Shown: positions 22,341 to 30,919 of the stretch, piece by piece
Layout: each line of letters begins with the position of its first letter
Position numbering within the stretch: the first letter of the stretch is position 1
NCBI RefSeq assembly: GCF_000008665.1
Contig: NC_000917.1
Coordinates: 1,470,001-1,502,000, forward strand
Length of the DNA stretch: 32,000 bases
Direction of reading: 5' to 3'
DNA from: Archaeoglobus fulgidus DSM 4304
GTDB lineage: Archaea > Halobacteriota > Archaeoglobi > Archaeoglobales > Archaeoglobaceae
The notes under the pieces: generated by a model
Told to the model about the DNA's origin: nothing
The model's input: only the letters and a program-made list of their open reading frames with translations
Database searches by the model: none
Program-made: the position numbers and the translations under genes

Positions 22341-22470
22341 CCTACGAGCCTTTGCAGATGTGGAATGTTATGTTTATGTTTTTAATGATATTTATAGATT
22401 TTGTTGAATTGTAACTACCATAATGATGAGAGCCTTAAATTAATTGTATAAAAATTATTTTTATAAGCCC

Positions 22471-24729
22471 TCAACCGCACCTCGTAAACCCGCAGAACCT
22501 GCAGGTTGCGCAACCCTCCCCGTACTCAAGAACATTCCCGCATTCAGGACACACTCCGCCAATCTGCTTCGTCCTCGGCTCCTCTCTCTCCTCAGCCTCG
22601 CCGGTGAAGGCCGTGAGGGGCTTGATTCCCTCAACTTCGAACTTTATTTTCTTGTACTCTCCCTTTAGGTGCTTTTCGAGAACCTTTGCCACTCCATCCG
22701 CGCAGGATGTTATGACCTCTCCGTTGTCGAATCCTGGCGAGGGACAGCGTATGTTCTTGAGCTGCCTTATCAGCACCTCAGGGTCAATCCAACTCCTAAG
22801 CGCGACTGAAAGCAGCCTCCCCATTGCCTCTGTCTGCGACGCAGCGCAGCCTCCGCTTTTTCCAAGCTGCACGAAGACTTCGGCAATCCCGTACTCGTCC
22901 TCGTTGATGGTCACATACAGGGAACCGCAGCCTGTTCTGGTCTCAATCGTTCTGCCGGTGGTTATCCTCGGCCTCGGCCTCGGCTCGATGTACTTGGCAG
23001 GGGGTCTCGGCTTCGCCTCCTTCTTCTCCTCCTCAGCCTTCTTTATTCTGAGAACCTGCTCCTCTCTGCTGCCATCTCTGTAAACGGTTATGCCCTTACA
23101 TCCAAGCTCGTATGCCAGCAGGAAAGCCTTCTCAACGTCTTTCCGCGTAGCAGAGTTCGGCATATTTATGGTTTTGCTGACCGCATTGTCCGTGTACTTC
23201 TGGAAGGCCGCCTGCATTCTCACATGCCACTCTGGAGAGATGTCGAGAGCGCACTTGAAGACCCTCCTTATGTCCTCGGGAATCTCCTCTATTTCCTGAA
23301 TGCTGCCTTTTTCGGCAACTTTCTCAATCAGCTCATCTGTGTACAGCCCTCTTCTCCTTAAAACTTCCTCGAATATCTCATTTATCTCGAAGAACTCTTC
23401 TCCGTCAAGAATGTTCGTTCTCTTGTATGCTAAAGCGAAAATCGGCTCTATTCCGCTTGAACAGCCAGCGATAATGCTTATCGTTCCCGTTGGTGCGATT
23501 GTTGTTGTCGTTGCGTTCCTCATCTTTATTCCCTTCTTCTCCCACACGCTGCCCTTCCAGTTGGGGAAAACACCCCTCTCCTCCGCCAGCTGCTGCGAAG
23601 CCCTGTGACTTTCCTCCTGAATGAACTTCATCACCTTCTCAGCAAGCTGGATGGCTTCATCGCTGTCGTAGGGGATGTTGAGCAGAAAGAGCATGTCAGC
23701 CCAGCCCATAACTCCGAGACCTATTTTGCGGTTGGCTTTGGTCATCTGCTCGATTTCGGGAATGGGGTAGCTGTTGACATCGATAACGTCATCCAAAAAC
23801 CTCACGGCAATCCAGACAACCTCCCTGAGCCCATCCCAGTCGATTTCCCCATCTTTAACGAACTTTGCGAGGTTTATGCTGCCAAGGTTGCAGGATTCGT
23901 AGGGCAGGAGCGGTTGCTCTCCGCAGGGGTTTGTTGCTTCAATCTGTCCCACGTGCGGAGTGGGGTTGAAGCGGTTTATGGTGTCGATGAAAATCATTCC
24001 CGGCTCTCCGTTGCGCCATGCTCCCTCCACAATCAAATTGAATATCTTTCTGGCGGGAACTCTCCTTACAACCTCCCCCGTTCTGGGGTTGATGAGGTCG
24101 TAATCATCATCTTTCTTCAAAGCTTCCATGAAGGCGTCGGTTGCGGCAACGCTGATGTTGAAGTTTCTCAGCACCCCCTCCTCCCATTTCGCCTTTATGA
24201 ATTCCTCAATGTCCGGGTGGTGGACGTTCAGAACGCCCATGTTTGCCCCTCTTCTCCTCCCTCCCTGCTTTATCTGCTCCGTCGCAGCATCAAATATTTT
24301 CATGAAGCTTACCGGTCCGCTTGCAACGCCCATTGTGGATTTTACTATATCTCCCTTCGGTCTCAGCCTTGAAAAGCTGAATCCCGTCCCTCCCCCGCTC
24401 TTTTGAACCTTCGCCATATCCCAGAGGGCCTTGAAAATGCCGTCAATGGAGTCCTCAACGGGGATGACGAAGCATGCAGAAAGCTGATTCAGCTCCGTCC
24501 CCGCATTCATCAGCGTTGGGGAGTTGGGCATGAACTTCTGCTCCCAGAGGAGCTTGAAGAACTTTTCAGCCCACTCTTCAGCATTGTTTCCGTAATTCTC
24601 CTCAGCCTTTGCAATTGCCCTGGCAACCCTCCAGCACATCTCTTCTGGAGTCTCAATTACGTTACCTTCATCATCCTTGAGAAGATACCTCTTTCTGAGC
24701 ACAGTTTCAGCAGTACGATTGAGCTTCAT
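22471..24729 (-). CDS. nrdJ: Class II (adenosylcobalamin-dependent) ribonucleotide reductase
   Basis: 752 aa with N-terminal VLRKRYL, the active-site block ATNPCGEQPLLPYESCNLGSINL, and a C-terminal zinc ribbon CPECG...CATCRFCG. There is no intein-like insertion. Confidence 0.9.
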   Translation of the reverse strand: MKLNRTAETVLRKRYLLKDDEGNVIETPEEMCWRVARAIAKAEENYGNNAEEWAEKFFKLLWEQKFMPNSPTLMNAGTELNQLSACFVIPVEDSIDGIFKALWDMAKVQKSGGGTGFSFSRLRPKGDIVKSTMGVASGPVSFMKIFDAATEQIKQGGRRRGANMGVLNVHHPDIEEFIKAKWEEGVLRNFNISVAATDAFMEALKKDDDYDLINPRTGEVVRRVPARKIFNLIVEGAWRNGEPGMIFIDTINRFNPTPHVGQIEATNPCGEQPLLPYESCNLGSINLAKFVKDGEIDWDGLREVVWIAVRFLDDVIDVNSYPIPEIEQMTKANRKIGLGVMGWADMLFLLNIPYDSDEAIQLAEKVMKFIQEESHRASQQLAEERGVFPNWKGSVWEKKGIKMRNATTTTIAPTGTISIIAGCSSGIEPIFALAYKRTNILDGEEFFEINEIFEEVLRRRGLYTDELIEKVAEKGSIQEIEEIPEDIRRVFKCALDISPEWHVRMQAAFQKYTDNAVSKTINMPNSATRKDVEKAFLLAYELGCKGITVYRDGSREEQVLRIKKAEEEKKEAKPRPPAKYIEPRPRPRITTGRTIETRTGCGSLYVTINEDEYGIAEVFVQLGKSGGCAASQTEAMGRLLSVALRSWIDPEVLIRQLKNIRCPSPGFDNGEVITSCADGVAKVLEKHLKGEYKKIKFEVEGIKPLTAFTGEAEEREEPRTKQIGGVCPECGNVLEYGEGCATCRFCGFTRCG

Positions 24730-24846
24730 CAGTTATGGTAGATAAGAAAGATAAAACAATTTTGCCTGCCCTTCGAGAGCATCTATTGAAGGAAAAATTG
24801 AATAGAAAAATTTTTCTTACAGCATCTCAAGAAAACTTGACATTAA

Positions 24847-24856
24847 CTTTAATACT
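24847..24856 (+). promoter_or_regulatory. TATA-like box (ACTTTAATAC) 20 nt upstream of ATG 24877
   Basis: Same spacing as the other leaderless-type promoters in this window, with no SD in between. Confidence 0.3.
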
Positions 24857-24876
24857 TTTCAAGAAGACAGGACATC

Positions 24877-25845
24877 ATGGAGACTCTTATTTTGACTCAG
24901 GAGGAAGTAGAATCCCTGATATCGATGGACGAGGCGATGAATGCTGTTGAGGAGGCGTTCAGACTTTACGCTCTTGGTAAAGCTCAAATGCCGCCAAAGG
25001 TGTATCTTGAGTTCGAAAAAGGCGATTTAAGGGCTATGCCGGCGCATTTAATGGGGTACGCAGGATTGAAGTGGGTGAACTCCCATCCCGGAAATCCGGA
25101 TAAAGGCCTGCCAACAGTCATGGCGTTGATGATACTGAACAGCCCTGAGACGGGGTTTCCCTTGGCTGTGATGGACGCAACCTACACGACCTCTCTGAGA
25201 ACCGGTGCTGCTGGAGGAATAGCGGCGAAGTATCTGGCAAGGAAGAACAGCAGCGTTTTTGGATTTATCGGCTGCGGAACTCAGGCGTATTTCCAGCTCG
25301 AAGCTCTGAGGAGAGTGTTTGATATAGGAGAAGTCAAGGCCTACGATGTTAGGGAAAAGGCAGCGAAAAAGTTCGTTAGCTATTGCGAAGATAGGGGAAT
25401 CTCAGCTTCCGTGCAGCCTGCTGAGGAGGCGAGCAGATGCGATGTCCTTGTCACCACAACTCCGTCACGAAAACCAGTTGTTAAGGCTGAGTGGGTTGAG
25501 GAGGGGACGCACATAAACGCAATCGGTGCGGACGGGCCTGGAAAGCAGGAACTGGATGTAGAAATACTTAAAAAGGCTAAAATTGTTGTCGATGACCTTG
25601 AACAGGCCAAGCACGGCGGGGAGATTAATGTGGCGGTTTCAAAAGGCGTCATAGGTGTTGAAGATGTTCACGCAACCATCGGGGAGGTTATAGCCGGTCT
25701 GAAGGATGGAAGGGAGAGCGATGAGGAGATTACAATCTTCGACTCCACAGGCTTGGCGATTCAGGACGTGGCTGTTGCAAAAGTCGTTTATGAGAACGCC
25801 CTTAGCAAGAACGTGGGGAGTAAAATAAAGTTTTTCAGGATATGA
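24877..25845 (+). CDS. ala: Ornithine cyclodeaminase/mu-crystallin family NAD-dependent dehydrogenase; matches the Archaeoglobus-type alanine dehydrogenase
   Basis: 322 aa with an OCD/mu-crystallin pattern (RTGAAGGIAAKYLA, GFIGCGTQA Rossmann motif). The sequence METLILTQEEVESLISMDEAMNAVEEAF... matches my memory of the structurally characterised A. fulgidus AlaDH. Confidence 0.8.
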   Translation: METLILTQEEVESLISMDEAMNAVEEAFRLYALGKAQMPPKVYLEFEKGDLRAMPAHLMGYAGLKWVNSHPGNPDKGLPTVMALMILNSPETGFPLAVMDATYTTSLRTGAAGGIAAKYLARKNSSVFGFIGCGTQAYFQLEALRRVFDIGEVKAYDVREKAAKKFVSYCEDRGISASVQPAEEASRCDVLVTTTPSRKPVVKAEWVEEGTHINAIGADGPGKQELDVEILKKAKIVVDDLEQAKHGGEINVAVSKGVIGVEDVHATIGEVIAGLKDGRESDEEITIFDSTGLAIQDVAVAKVVYENALSKNVGSKIKFFRI

Positions 25846-26510
25846 AGGTAGCGGCACTGATTTCAGGAGGAAAGGACTCAATTCTAGCGCTGCACAAGGT
25901 TGCGGAAAAGCACGAGGTTATCTCTCTGGTGGGAATTTTTCCAGAGAATGAGGATTCTTACATGTTCCACTCCGTGAACCTCCACATGCTTGATGTTGTT
26001 GCCGAGTCTCTGGGTTTGCCGCTGAAGAAGCTCTACGTCTCCGGCGAGGAAGAGAAAGAAGTGGATGAGCTTGCAGGGCAGATTGGGGAAGTTGACGCTG
26101 ACGCGCTGTGTATTGGCGGAATAGAGTCGAATTATCAGAAAAAGAGATTTGAAAAGGTTTGCAGGGAGGTGGGAATGAAGCTGATCGCCCCTCTGTGGAA
26201 AGCGAACCCCGAAAAGCTGATGTATGAGGTTGCTGAAAAATTTGAGGCGATAATTGTCAGCGTTTCGGCAATGGGGCTTGATGAAAGCTTTCTGGGAAGA
26301 AGGATTGATAAGGAATGCATTGAAGACCTTAAAAGGCTAAACGAGAAGTACAGCGTGCATTTGGCTGGAGAAGGGGGAGAATTTGAGACGCTCGTCCTCG
26401 ACGCCCCGCTTTACAGGTTTAGGATAAAAGTTGACAGCATTAGAAAGTTCTGGGACGGGGTGAGGGGTTACTGTTTAATTGAACGATATTCAAAAATTTC
26501 GAAAACCTGA
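25842..26510 (+). CDS. PP-loop ATP pyrophosphatase of the MJ0570/Dph6 family (probable diphthine-ammonia ligase)
   Basis: MKVAALISGGKDS is the PP-loop, and EGGEFETLVLDAP is also present. The ATGA start overlaps the upstream stop. Confidence 0.7.
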   Translation: MKVAALISGGKDSILALHKVAEKHEVISLVGIFPENEDSYMFHSVNLHMLDVVAESLGLPLKKLYVSGEEEKEVDELAGQIGEVDADALCIGGIESNYQKKRFEKVCREVGMKLIAPLWKANPEKLMYEVAEKFEAIIVSVSAMGLDESFLGRRIDKECIEDLKRLNEKYSVHLAGEGGEFETLVLDAPLYRFRIKVDSIRKFWDGVRGYCLIERYSKISKT

Positions 26511-26588
26511 GTAGAAAATTTTTTGAACTCCTTTGCCTTTTATTTTCGAAGAGTTTGAAAATTGCGCGGTTTTGAATGTCTTTGAAAA

Positions 26589-26634
26589 TTCGAAAACCTT
26601 TAATCATTAAAATATTTTTCGAAACCTTTATATA
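26589..26634 (+). promoter_or_regulatory. sat operon promoter region: tandem TTCGAAA(A)CCTTTA elements, the second merging into TATA box TTTATATA (26627-26634)
   Basis: TTCGAAAACCTTTAAT lies at 26589-26604 and TTCGAAACCTTTATAT at 26619-26634. The TATA box is 43 nt upstream of ATG 26678, which would leave a leader of about 20 nt carrying SD AGGAGGTG (26664-26671). Confidence 0.5.
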
Positions 26635-26677
26635 AGGCTGTGAAAAAAAATACATCATAGGTTAGGAGGTGGAAGAG

Positions 26678-28048
26678 ATGCCTTTAATTAAAACACCGCC
26701 ACCGCACGGCGGAAAACTTGTTGAGAGAGTTGTTAAAAAGAGAGACATTGCTGAAAAAATGATTGCTGGATGCCCAACTTATGAACTGAAGCCCACAACG
26801 CTGCCCGATGGTACACCAATTCGCCACGTTTACAGAGAGATAATGTCCGTCTGTTACGGCTTTTTCAGCCCCGTTGAGGGATCGATGGTGCAGAACGAGC
26901 TTGAGAGAGTTCTTAACGAGAGGAGATTGCTGAGCGAATGGATTTTCCCCTATCCGATTCTCTTCGACATCAGCGAGGAGGACTACAAGGCTCTCGACGT
27001 CAAAGAGGGAGACAGGCTCTTGCTCATGCTTAAAGGTCAGCCCTTTGCAACTCTCGACATCGAGGAAGTTTACAAGATTGACCCCGTAGATGTTGCAACC
27101 CGCACCTTTGGCACTCCGGAAAAGAACCCTGAAGTTGTGAGAGAGCCATTTGACGACAAGCATCCGGGATACGTGATTTACAAGATGCACAATCCAATCA
27201 TTCTTGCAGGAAAGTACACGATTGTGAACGAGCCCAAGTTCAAGGAGCCCTACGACAGGTTCTGGTTCCCACCGTCAAAATGCAGAGAAGTAATTAAGAA
27301 CGAGAAGAAGTGGAGAACGGTCATTGCCCACCAGACGAGAAACGTCCCCCACGTGGGGCATGAGATGCTGATGAAGTGTGCTGCTTACACCGGCGACATC
27401 GAGCCGTGCCACGGAATTCTCGTAAACGCCATCATTGGAGCAAAGAGGAGAGGTGACTATCCGGATGAGGCAATCCTTGAGGGGCATGAGGCTGTAAACA
27501 AGTACGGCTACATCAAGCCTGAGAGGCACATGGTCACCTTCACGCTCTGGGACATGAGGTACGGCAACCCGATTGAGTCGCTGCTGCACGGAGTTATCAG
27601 GCAGAATATGGGATGTACGCACCACATGTTCGGCAGAGACCACGCTGCGGTTGGAGAGTACTACGACATGTACGCGACGCAGATACTCTGGAGCCAGGGC
27701 ATTCCGAGCTTCGGCTTCGAAGCTCCGCCCAATGAGGTGGACTACGGCCTGAAGATTATCCCACAGAACATGGCTGAGTTCTGGTACTGCCCAATCTGCC
27801 AGGAAATCGCCTACAGCGAAAACTGTGGCCACACCGATGCGAAGCAGAAGTTCAGCGGAAGCTTCCTGAGAGGAATGGTTGCCGAGGGAGTCTTCCCGCC
27901 GAGAGTTGTCATGAGGCCTGAGGTTTACAAGCAAATCGTAAAGTGGTGGAAAGTGTACAACTACCCCTTCGTCAACAGAAAGTACCTCGAACTCAAGAAC
28001 AAGGAGCTTGAGATCGACCTCCCGGCGATGGAGGTTCCCAAGGCGTGA
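26678..28048 (+). CDS. sat: Sulfate adenylyltransferase (dissimilatory ATP sulfurylase)
   Basis: IAHQTRNVPHVGHEMLMK is the ATP-sulfurylase HxxH region, GxxRDHAAVG is present (here FGRDHAAVG), and there is a CPIC...C.H zinc site. It is followed by aprBA. A strong SD favours ATG 26678 (456 aa) over GTG 26669. Confidence 0.93.
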   Translation: MPLIKTPPPHGGKLVERVVKKRDIAEKMIAGCPTYELKPTTLPDGTPIRHVYREIMSVCYGFFSPVEGSMVQNELERVLNERRLLSEWIFPYPILFDISEEDYKALDVKEGDRLLLMLKGQPFATLDIEEVYKIDPVDVATRTFGTPEKNPEVVREPFDDKHPGYVIYKMHNPIILAGKYTIVNEPKFKEPYDRFWFPPSKCREVIKNEKKWRTVIAHQTRNVPHVGHEMLMKCAAYTGDIEPCHGILVNAIIGAKRRGDYPDEAILEGHEAVNKYGYIKPERHMVTFTLWDMRYGNPIESLLHGVIRQNMGCTHHMFGRDHAAVGEYYDMYATQILWSQGIPSFGFEAPPNEVDYGLKIIPQNMAEFWYCPICQEIAYSENCGHTDAKQKFSGSFLRGMVAEGVFPPRVVMRPEVYKQIVKWWKVYNYPFVNRKYLELKNKELEIDLPAMEVPKA

Positions 28049-28052
28049 GGTG

Positions 28053-28406
28053 ATGGAGATGCCGCACTACATTTCCGTTTTCCTGGATGATGAGAGGTAC
28101 GAGAAAATCAAGGGAACACCGCTTGAGGAGAAAATCACGTACCTCTTTGGTGGCCAGCTTAAATCTCTGATCGTAGAGGTGCCGGAAGAGAAATCAGAGC
28201 AGATTCTCAAGGCCTTTGACAAGGCAAGAATTGACTCAAGGGGCTACATCGAAGATGTACCAGTAGCTTTCAGAAGAGCACTGTTCGAGGAAATTGCAAA
28301 GGCAAAGTCTTTGGATGTCATAGACAAGGTCCTTGAAAGGCTGGATGAGCTGGTGGAGGCAGCAAAGAAGGAGGATGAGTACATACCTCCACCAGATATA
28401 GAGTAA
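28053..28406 (+). CDS. Small acidic hypothetical protein between sat and aprB
   Basis: An ORF of about 117 aa (MEMPHYISVFLDDERYEKIKG...). SD GAGGTG lies at 28047-28052, so ATG 28053 or 28059 rather than 28008. No recognisable motifs. Confidence 0.6.
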   Translation: MEMPHYISVFLDDERYEKIKGTPLEEKITYLFGGQLKSLIVEVPEEKSEQILKAFDKARIDSRGYIEDVPVAFRRALFEEIAKAKSLDVIDKVLERLDELVEAAKKEDEYIPPPDIE

Positions 28407-28411
28407 TTTAA

Positions 28412-28420
28412 TTTTTTTTT
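28412..28420 (+). terminator. T9 tract 6 nt after the ORF2 stop, between sat-ORF2 and aprBA
   Basis: TTTTTTTTT lies at 28412-28420, and SD GGAGGTGA at 28442-28449 serves aprB. This could be a partial archaeal terminator or attenuation point. Confidence 0.3.
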
Positions 28421-28454
28421 AGAAAAATGTATGAAAAGGTTGGAGGTGAGTTGA

Positions 28455-28907
28455 ATGCCATCGTTTGTAAACCCGGAAAAGTGTGACGGATGTAAGGCGT
28501 TGGAGAGAACGGCGTGTGAGTACATCTGCCCCAACGACTTGATGACACTCGATAAAGAGAAGATGAAAGCGTACAACAGAGAGCCGGACATGTGCTGGGA
28601 GTGCTACAGCTGTGTTAAGATGTGCCCGCAGGGCGCAATTGACGTGAGAGGCTACGTGGACTACTCCCCGCTTGGCGGAGCCTGTGTGCCAATGAGAGGA
28701 ACCTCAGACATCATGTGGACGGTCAAGTACAGAAACGGAAAGGTTCTGAGGTTCAAGTTCGCCATCAGAACAACCCCGTGGGGCTCAATTCAGCCCTTCG
28801 AGGGATTCCCTGAGCCGACCGAGGAGGCATTGAAGAGCGAACTGCTTGCTGGAGAACCCGAGATTATTGGAACGAGCGAGTTCCCGCAGGTAAAGAAGAA
28901 GGCTTAA
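28455..28907 (+). CDS. aprB: Adenylylsulfate (APS) reductase beta subunit (2x[4Fe-4S])
   Basis: MPSFVNPEKCDGCKALERTACEYICPNDLM...CWECYSCVKMCPQGAI matches AprB, including the C-terminal tail that wraps AprA. Confidence 0.95.
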   Translation: MPSFVNPEKCDGCKALERTACEYICPNDLMTLDKEKMKAYNREPDMCWECYSCVKMCPQGAIDVRGYVDYSPLGGACVPMRGTSDIMWTVKYRNGKVLRFKFAIRTTPWGSIQPFEGFPEPTEEALKSELLAGEPEIIGTSEFPQVKKKA

Positions 28908-28923
28908 AGGTGAGGTGGTAGAA

Positions 28924-30855
28924 ATGGTATATTATCCGAAAAAGTATGAGTTGTATAAGGCAGATGAAGTGCCGACAGAGGTTGTGGAGACGGACATCTT
29001 GATTATCGGAGGAGGTTTCTCCGGCTGTGGTGCAGCGTACGAGGCTGCCTACTGGGCAAAGCTTGGCGGTTTGAAGGTTACGCTTGTTGAGAAAGCAGCA
29101 GTTGAGAGAAGCGGAGCTGTTGCCCAGGGTCTTTCAGCCATTAACACATACATCGACCTTACCGGCAGGTCCGAGAGGCAGAACACCCTTGAGGATTACG
29201 TCAGATACGTCACCCTCGACATGATGGGATTGGCGAGAGAGGACCTTGTTGCTGACTACGCAAGGCATGTTGACGGAACGGTCCACCTCTTCGAGAAGTG
29301 GGGACTGCCCATCTGGAAGACTCCCGATGGGAAGTACGTCAGAGAGGGACAGTGGCAGATAATGATTCACGGTGAGAGCTACAAGCCAATCATCGCAGAA
29401 GCTGCGAAGATGGCAGTCGGTGAGGAGAACATCTACGAGAGAGTTTTCATCTTCGAGCTTCTGAAGGACAAGAACGACCCCAACGCTGTGGCCGGAGCCG
29501 TCGGTTTCAGCGTTAGAGAGCCCAAGTTCTACGTGTTCAAGGCGAAAGCCGTCATTCTGGCAACCGGAGGTGCAACACTGCTCTTCAGGCCGAGAAGCAC
29601 TGGCGAAGCAGCAGGAAGGACATGGTATGCAATCTTCGACACTGGCAGCGGTTACTACATGGGCTTGAAGGCCGGAGCGATGCTCACGCAGTTTGAACAC
29701 CGCTTCATACCCTTCAGGTTCAAGGACGGTTACGGCCCAGTTGGAGCATGGTTCCTGTTCTTCAAGTGTAAGGCCAAGAACGCGTATGGAGAGGAGTACA
29801 TCAAGACAAGGGCTGCAGAGCTTGAGAAGTACAAGCCCTACGGTGCAGCCCAGCCAATCCCGACACCGCTGAGAAACCACCAGGTCATGCTCGAAATCAT
29901 GGACGGCAACCAGCCAATCTACATGCACACTGAGGAGGCTCTCGCTGAGCTGGCTGGAGGAGACAAGAAGAAGCTGAAGCACATCTACGAGGAGGCTTTC
30001 GAGGACTTCCTCGACATGACAGTCAGCCAGGCTCTGCTGTGGGCCTGCCAGAACATCGACCCGCAGGAGCAGCCGTCTGAAGCTGCACCGGCTGAGCCCT
30101 ACATCATGGGTTCACACAGCGGTGAGGCAGGTTTCTGGGTATGCGGTCCTGAGGATCTGATGCCGGAGGAGTACGCAAAGCTCTTCCCGCTGAAGTACAA
30201 CAGGATGACCACAGTCAAGGGACTCTTCGCCATCGGTGACTGTGCTGGTGCCAACCCGCACAAGTTCTCCAGCGGTTCGTTCACTGAGGGCAGGATTGCA
30301 GCGAAGGCCGCAGTGAGGTTCATCCTCGAGCAGAAGCCCAACCCAGAAATTGACGATGCGGTCGTTGAGGAACTCAAGAAGAAGGCCTACGCACCGATGG
30401 AGAGGTTCATGCAGTACAAGGACCTCTCAACTGCCGATGACGTCAACCCAGAGTACATCCTGCCGTGGCAGGGTCTTGTCAGGCTGCAGAAGATCATGGA
30501 CGAGTATGCTGCTGGAATTGCAACAATCTACAAGACCAACGAGAAGATGCTGCAGAGAGCTCTTGAGCTGCTCGCCTTCCTGAAGGAGGACCTCGAGAAG
30601 CTCGCTGCAAGAGACCTCCACGAGCTGATGAGAGCATGGGAGCTTGTCCACAGAGTCTGGACTGCTGAGGCACACGTCAGGCACATGCTCTTCAGAAAGG
30701 AAACCAGATGGCCCGGATACTACTACAGAACCGACTACCCAGAGCTCAACGACGAGGAGTGGAAGTGCTTCGTCTGCAGCAAGTACGACGCTGAGAAGGA
30801 CGAGTGGACCTTCGAGAAAGTGCCGTACGTGCAGGTCATCGAGTGGAGCTTCTAA
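28924..30855 (+). CDS. aprA: Adenylylsulfate (APS) reductase alpha subunit (FAD)
   Basis: The FAD dinucleotide fold TDILIIGGGFSGCGAAYEAAYW is present and the protein is AprA-like throughout. ATG 28924 (MVYYPKKYELYK...) is preferred to GTG 28915. Confidence 0.95.
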   Translation: MVYYPKKYELYKADEVPTEVVETDILIIGGGFSGCGAAYEAAYWAKLGGLKVTLVEKAAVERSGAVAQGLSAINTYIDLTGRSERQNTLEDYVRYVTLDMMGLAREDLVADYARHVDGTVHLFEKWGLPIWKTPDGKYVREGQWQIMIHGESYKPIIAEAAKMAVGEENIYERVFIFELLKDKNDPNAVAGAVGFSVREPKFYVFKAKAVILATGGATLLFRPRSTGEAAGRTWYAIFDTGSGYYMGLKAGAMLTQFEHRFIPFRFKDGYGPVGAWFLFFKCKAKNAYGEEYIKTRAAELEKYKPYGAAQPIPTPLRNHQVMLEIMDGNQPIYMHTEEALAELAGGDKKKLKHIYEEAFEDFLDMTVSQALLWACQNIDPQEQPSEAAPAEPYIMGSHSGEAGFWVCGPEDLMPEEYAKLFPLKYNRMTTVKGLFAIGDCAGANPHKFSSGSFTEGRIAAKAAVRFILEQKPNPEIDDAVVEELKKKAYAPMERFMQYKDLSTADDVNPEYILPWQGLVRLQKIMDEYAAGIATIYKTNEKMLQRALELLAFLKEDLEKLAARDLHELMRAWELVHRVWTAEAHVRHMLFRKETRWPGYYYRTDYPELNDEEWKCFVCSKYDAEKDEWTFEKVPYVQVIEWSF

Positions 30856-30865
30856 AGCTCTAAAA

Positions 30866-30895
30866 TTTTTCTTTTTTCTAAATCTAAAAGTTTTT
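30866..30895 (+). terminator. Cluster of oligo-T runs downstream of aprA
   Basis: T5 at 30866-30870, T6 at 30872-30877 and T5 at 30891-30895 all lie within 45 nt of the aprA stop. Confidence 0.45.
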
Positions 30896-30919
30896 ATTGC
30901 ATTGCCTTAACTCTGCATC

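Noticed and set aside
22447-22465. Perfect AT-only palindrome TATAAAAAT-T-ATTTTTATA just downstream of nrdJ
   Set aside because: It has 9-nt arms but consists entirely of A/T, so the hairpin would be very weak at this organism's likely growth temperature. It is more simply read as oligo-T termination signal and TATA-like sequence in an AT-rich spacer.
22604-24741. Series of plus-strand ORFs (159, 69, 102, 255, 92 and 112 aa) opposite nrdJ
   Set aside because: All lie antisense to a continuous 752-aa RNR gene with clear catalytic motifs. The translations are Ser/Leu/Phe-rich and featureless.
22471-24876. Intein in nrdJ, or a cobalamin riboswitch in its leader
   Set aside because: The length (752 aa) and the uninterrupted catalytic blocks leave no room for an intein. 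The 147-bp upstream spacer is AT-rich, with no conserved B12-box-like GC-rich structure.
24735-24950. 71-aa ORF overlapping the alanine dehydrogenase start
   Set aside because: It is out of frame with a well-supported gene and begins inside the divergent promoter region. It has no SD and no motifs.
27275-27934. 219-aa ORF antisense to sat (and 26684-27190, 168 aa)
   Set aside because: These are shadow ORFs inside sat. They have no start context and no recognisable domains.
29134-29982. 282-aa ORF antisense to aprA (also 30099-30377 and 30427-30684)
   Set aside because: It lies entirely within, and antisense to, a confidently identified aprA. The translation is low-complexity (Leu/Ser/Val-rich) with no motifs. 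This is a typical shadow ORF of a high-GC-third-position gene.
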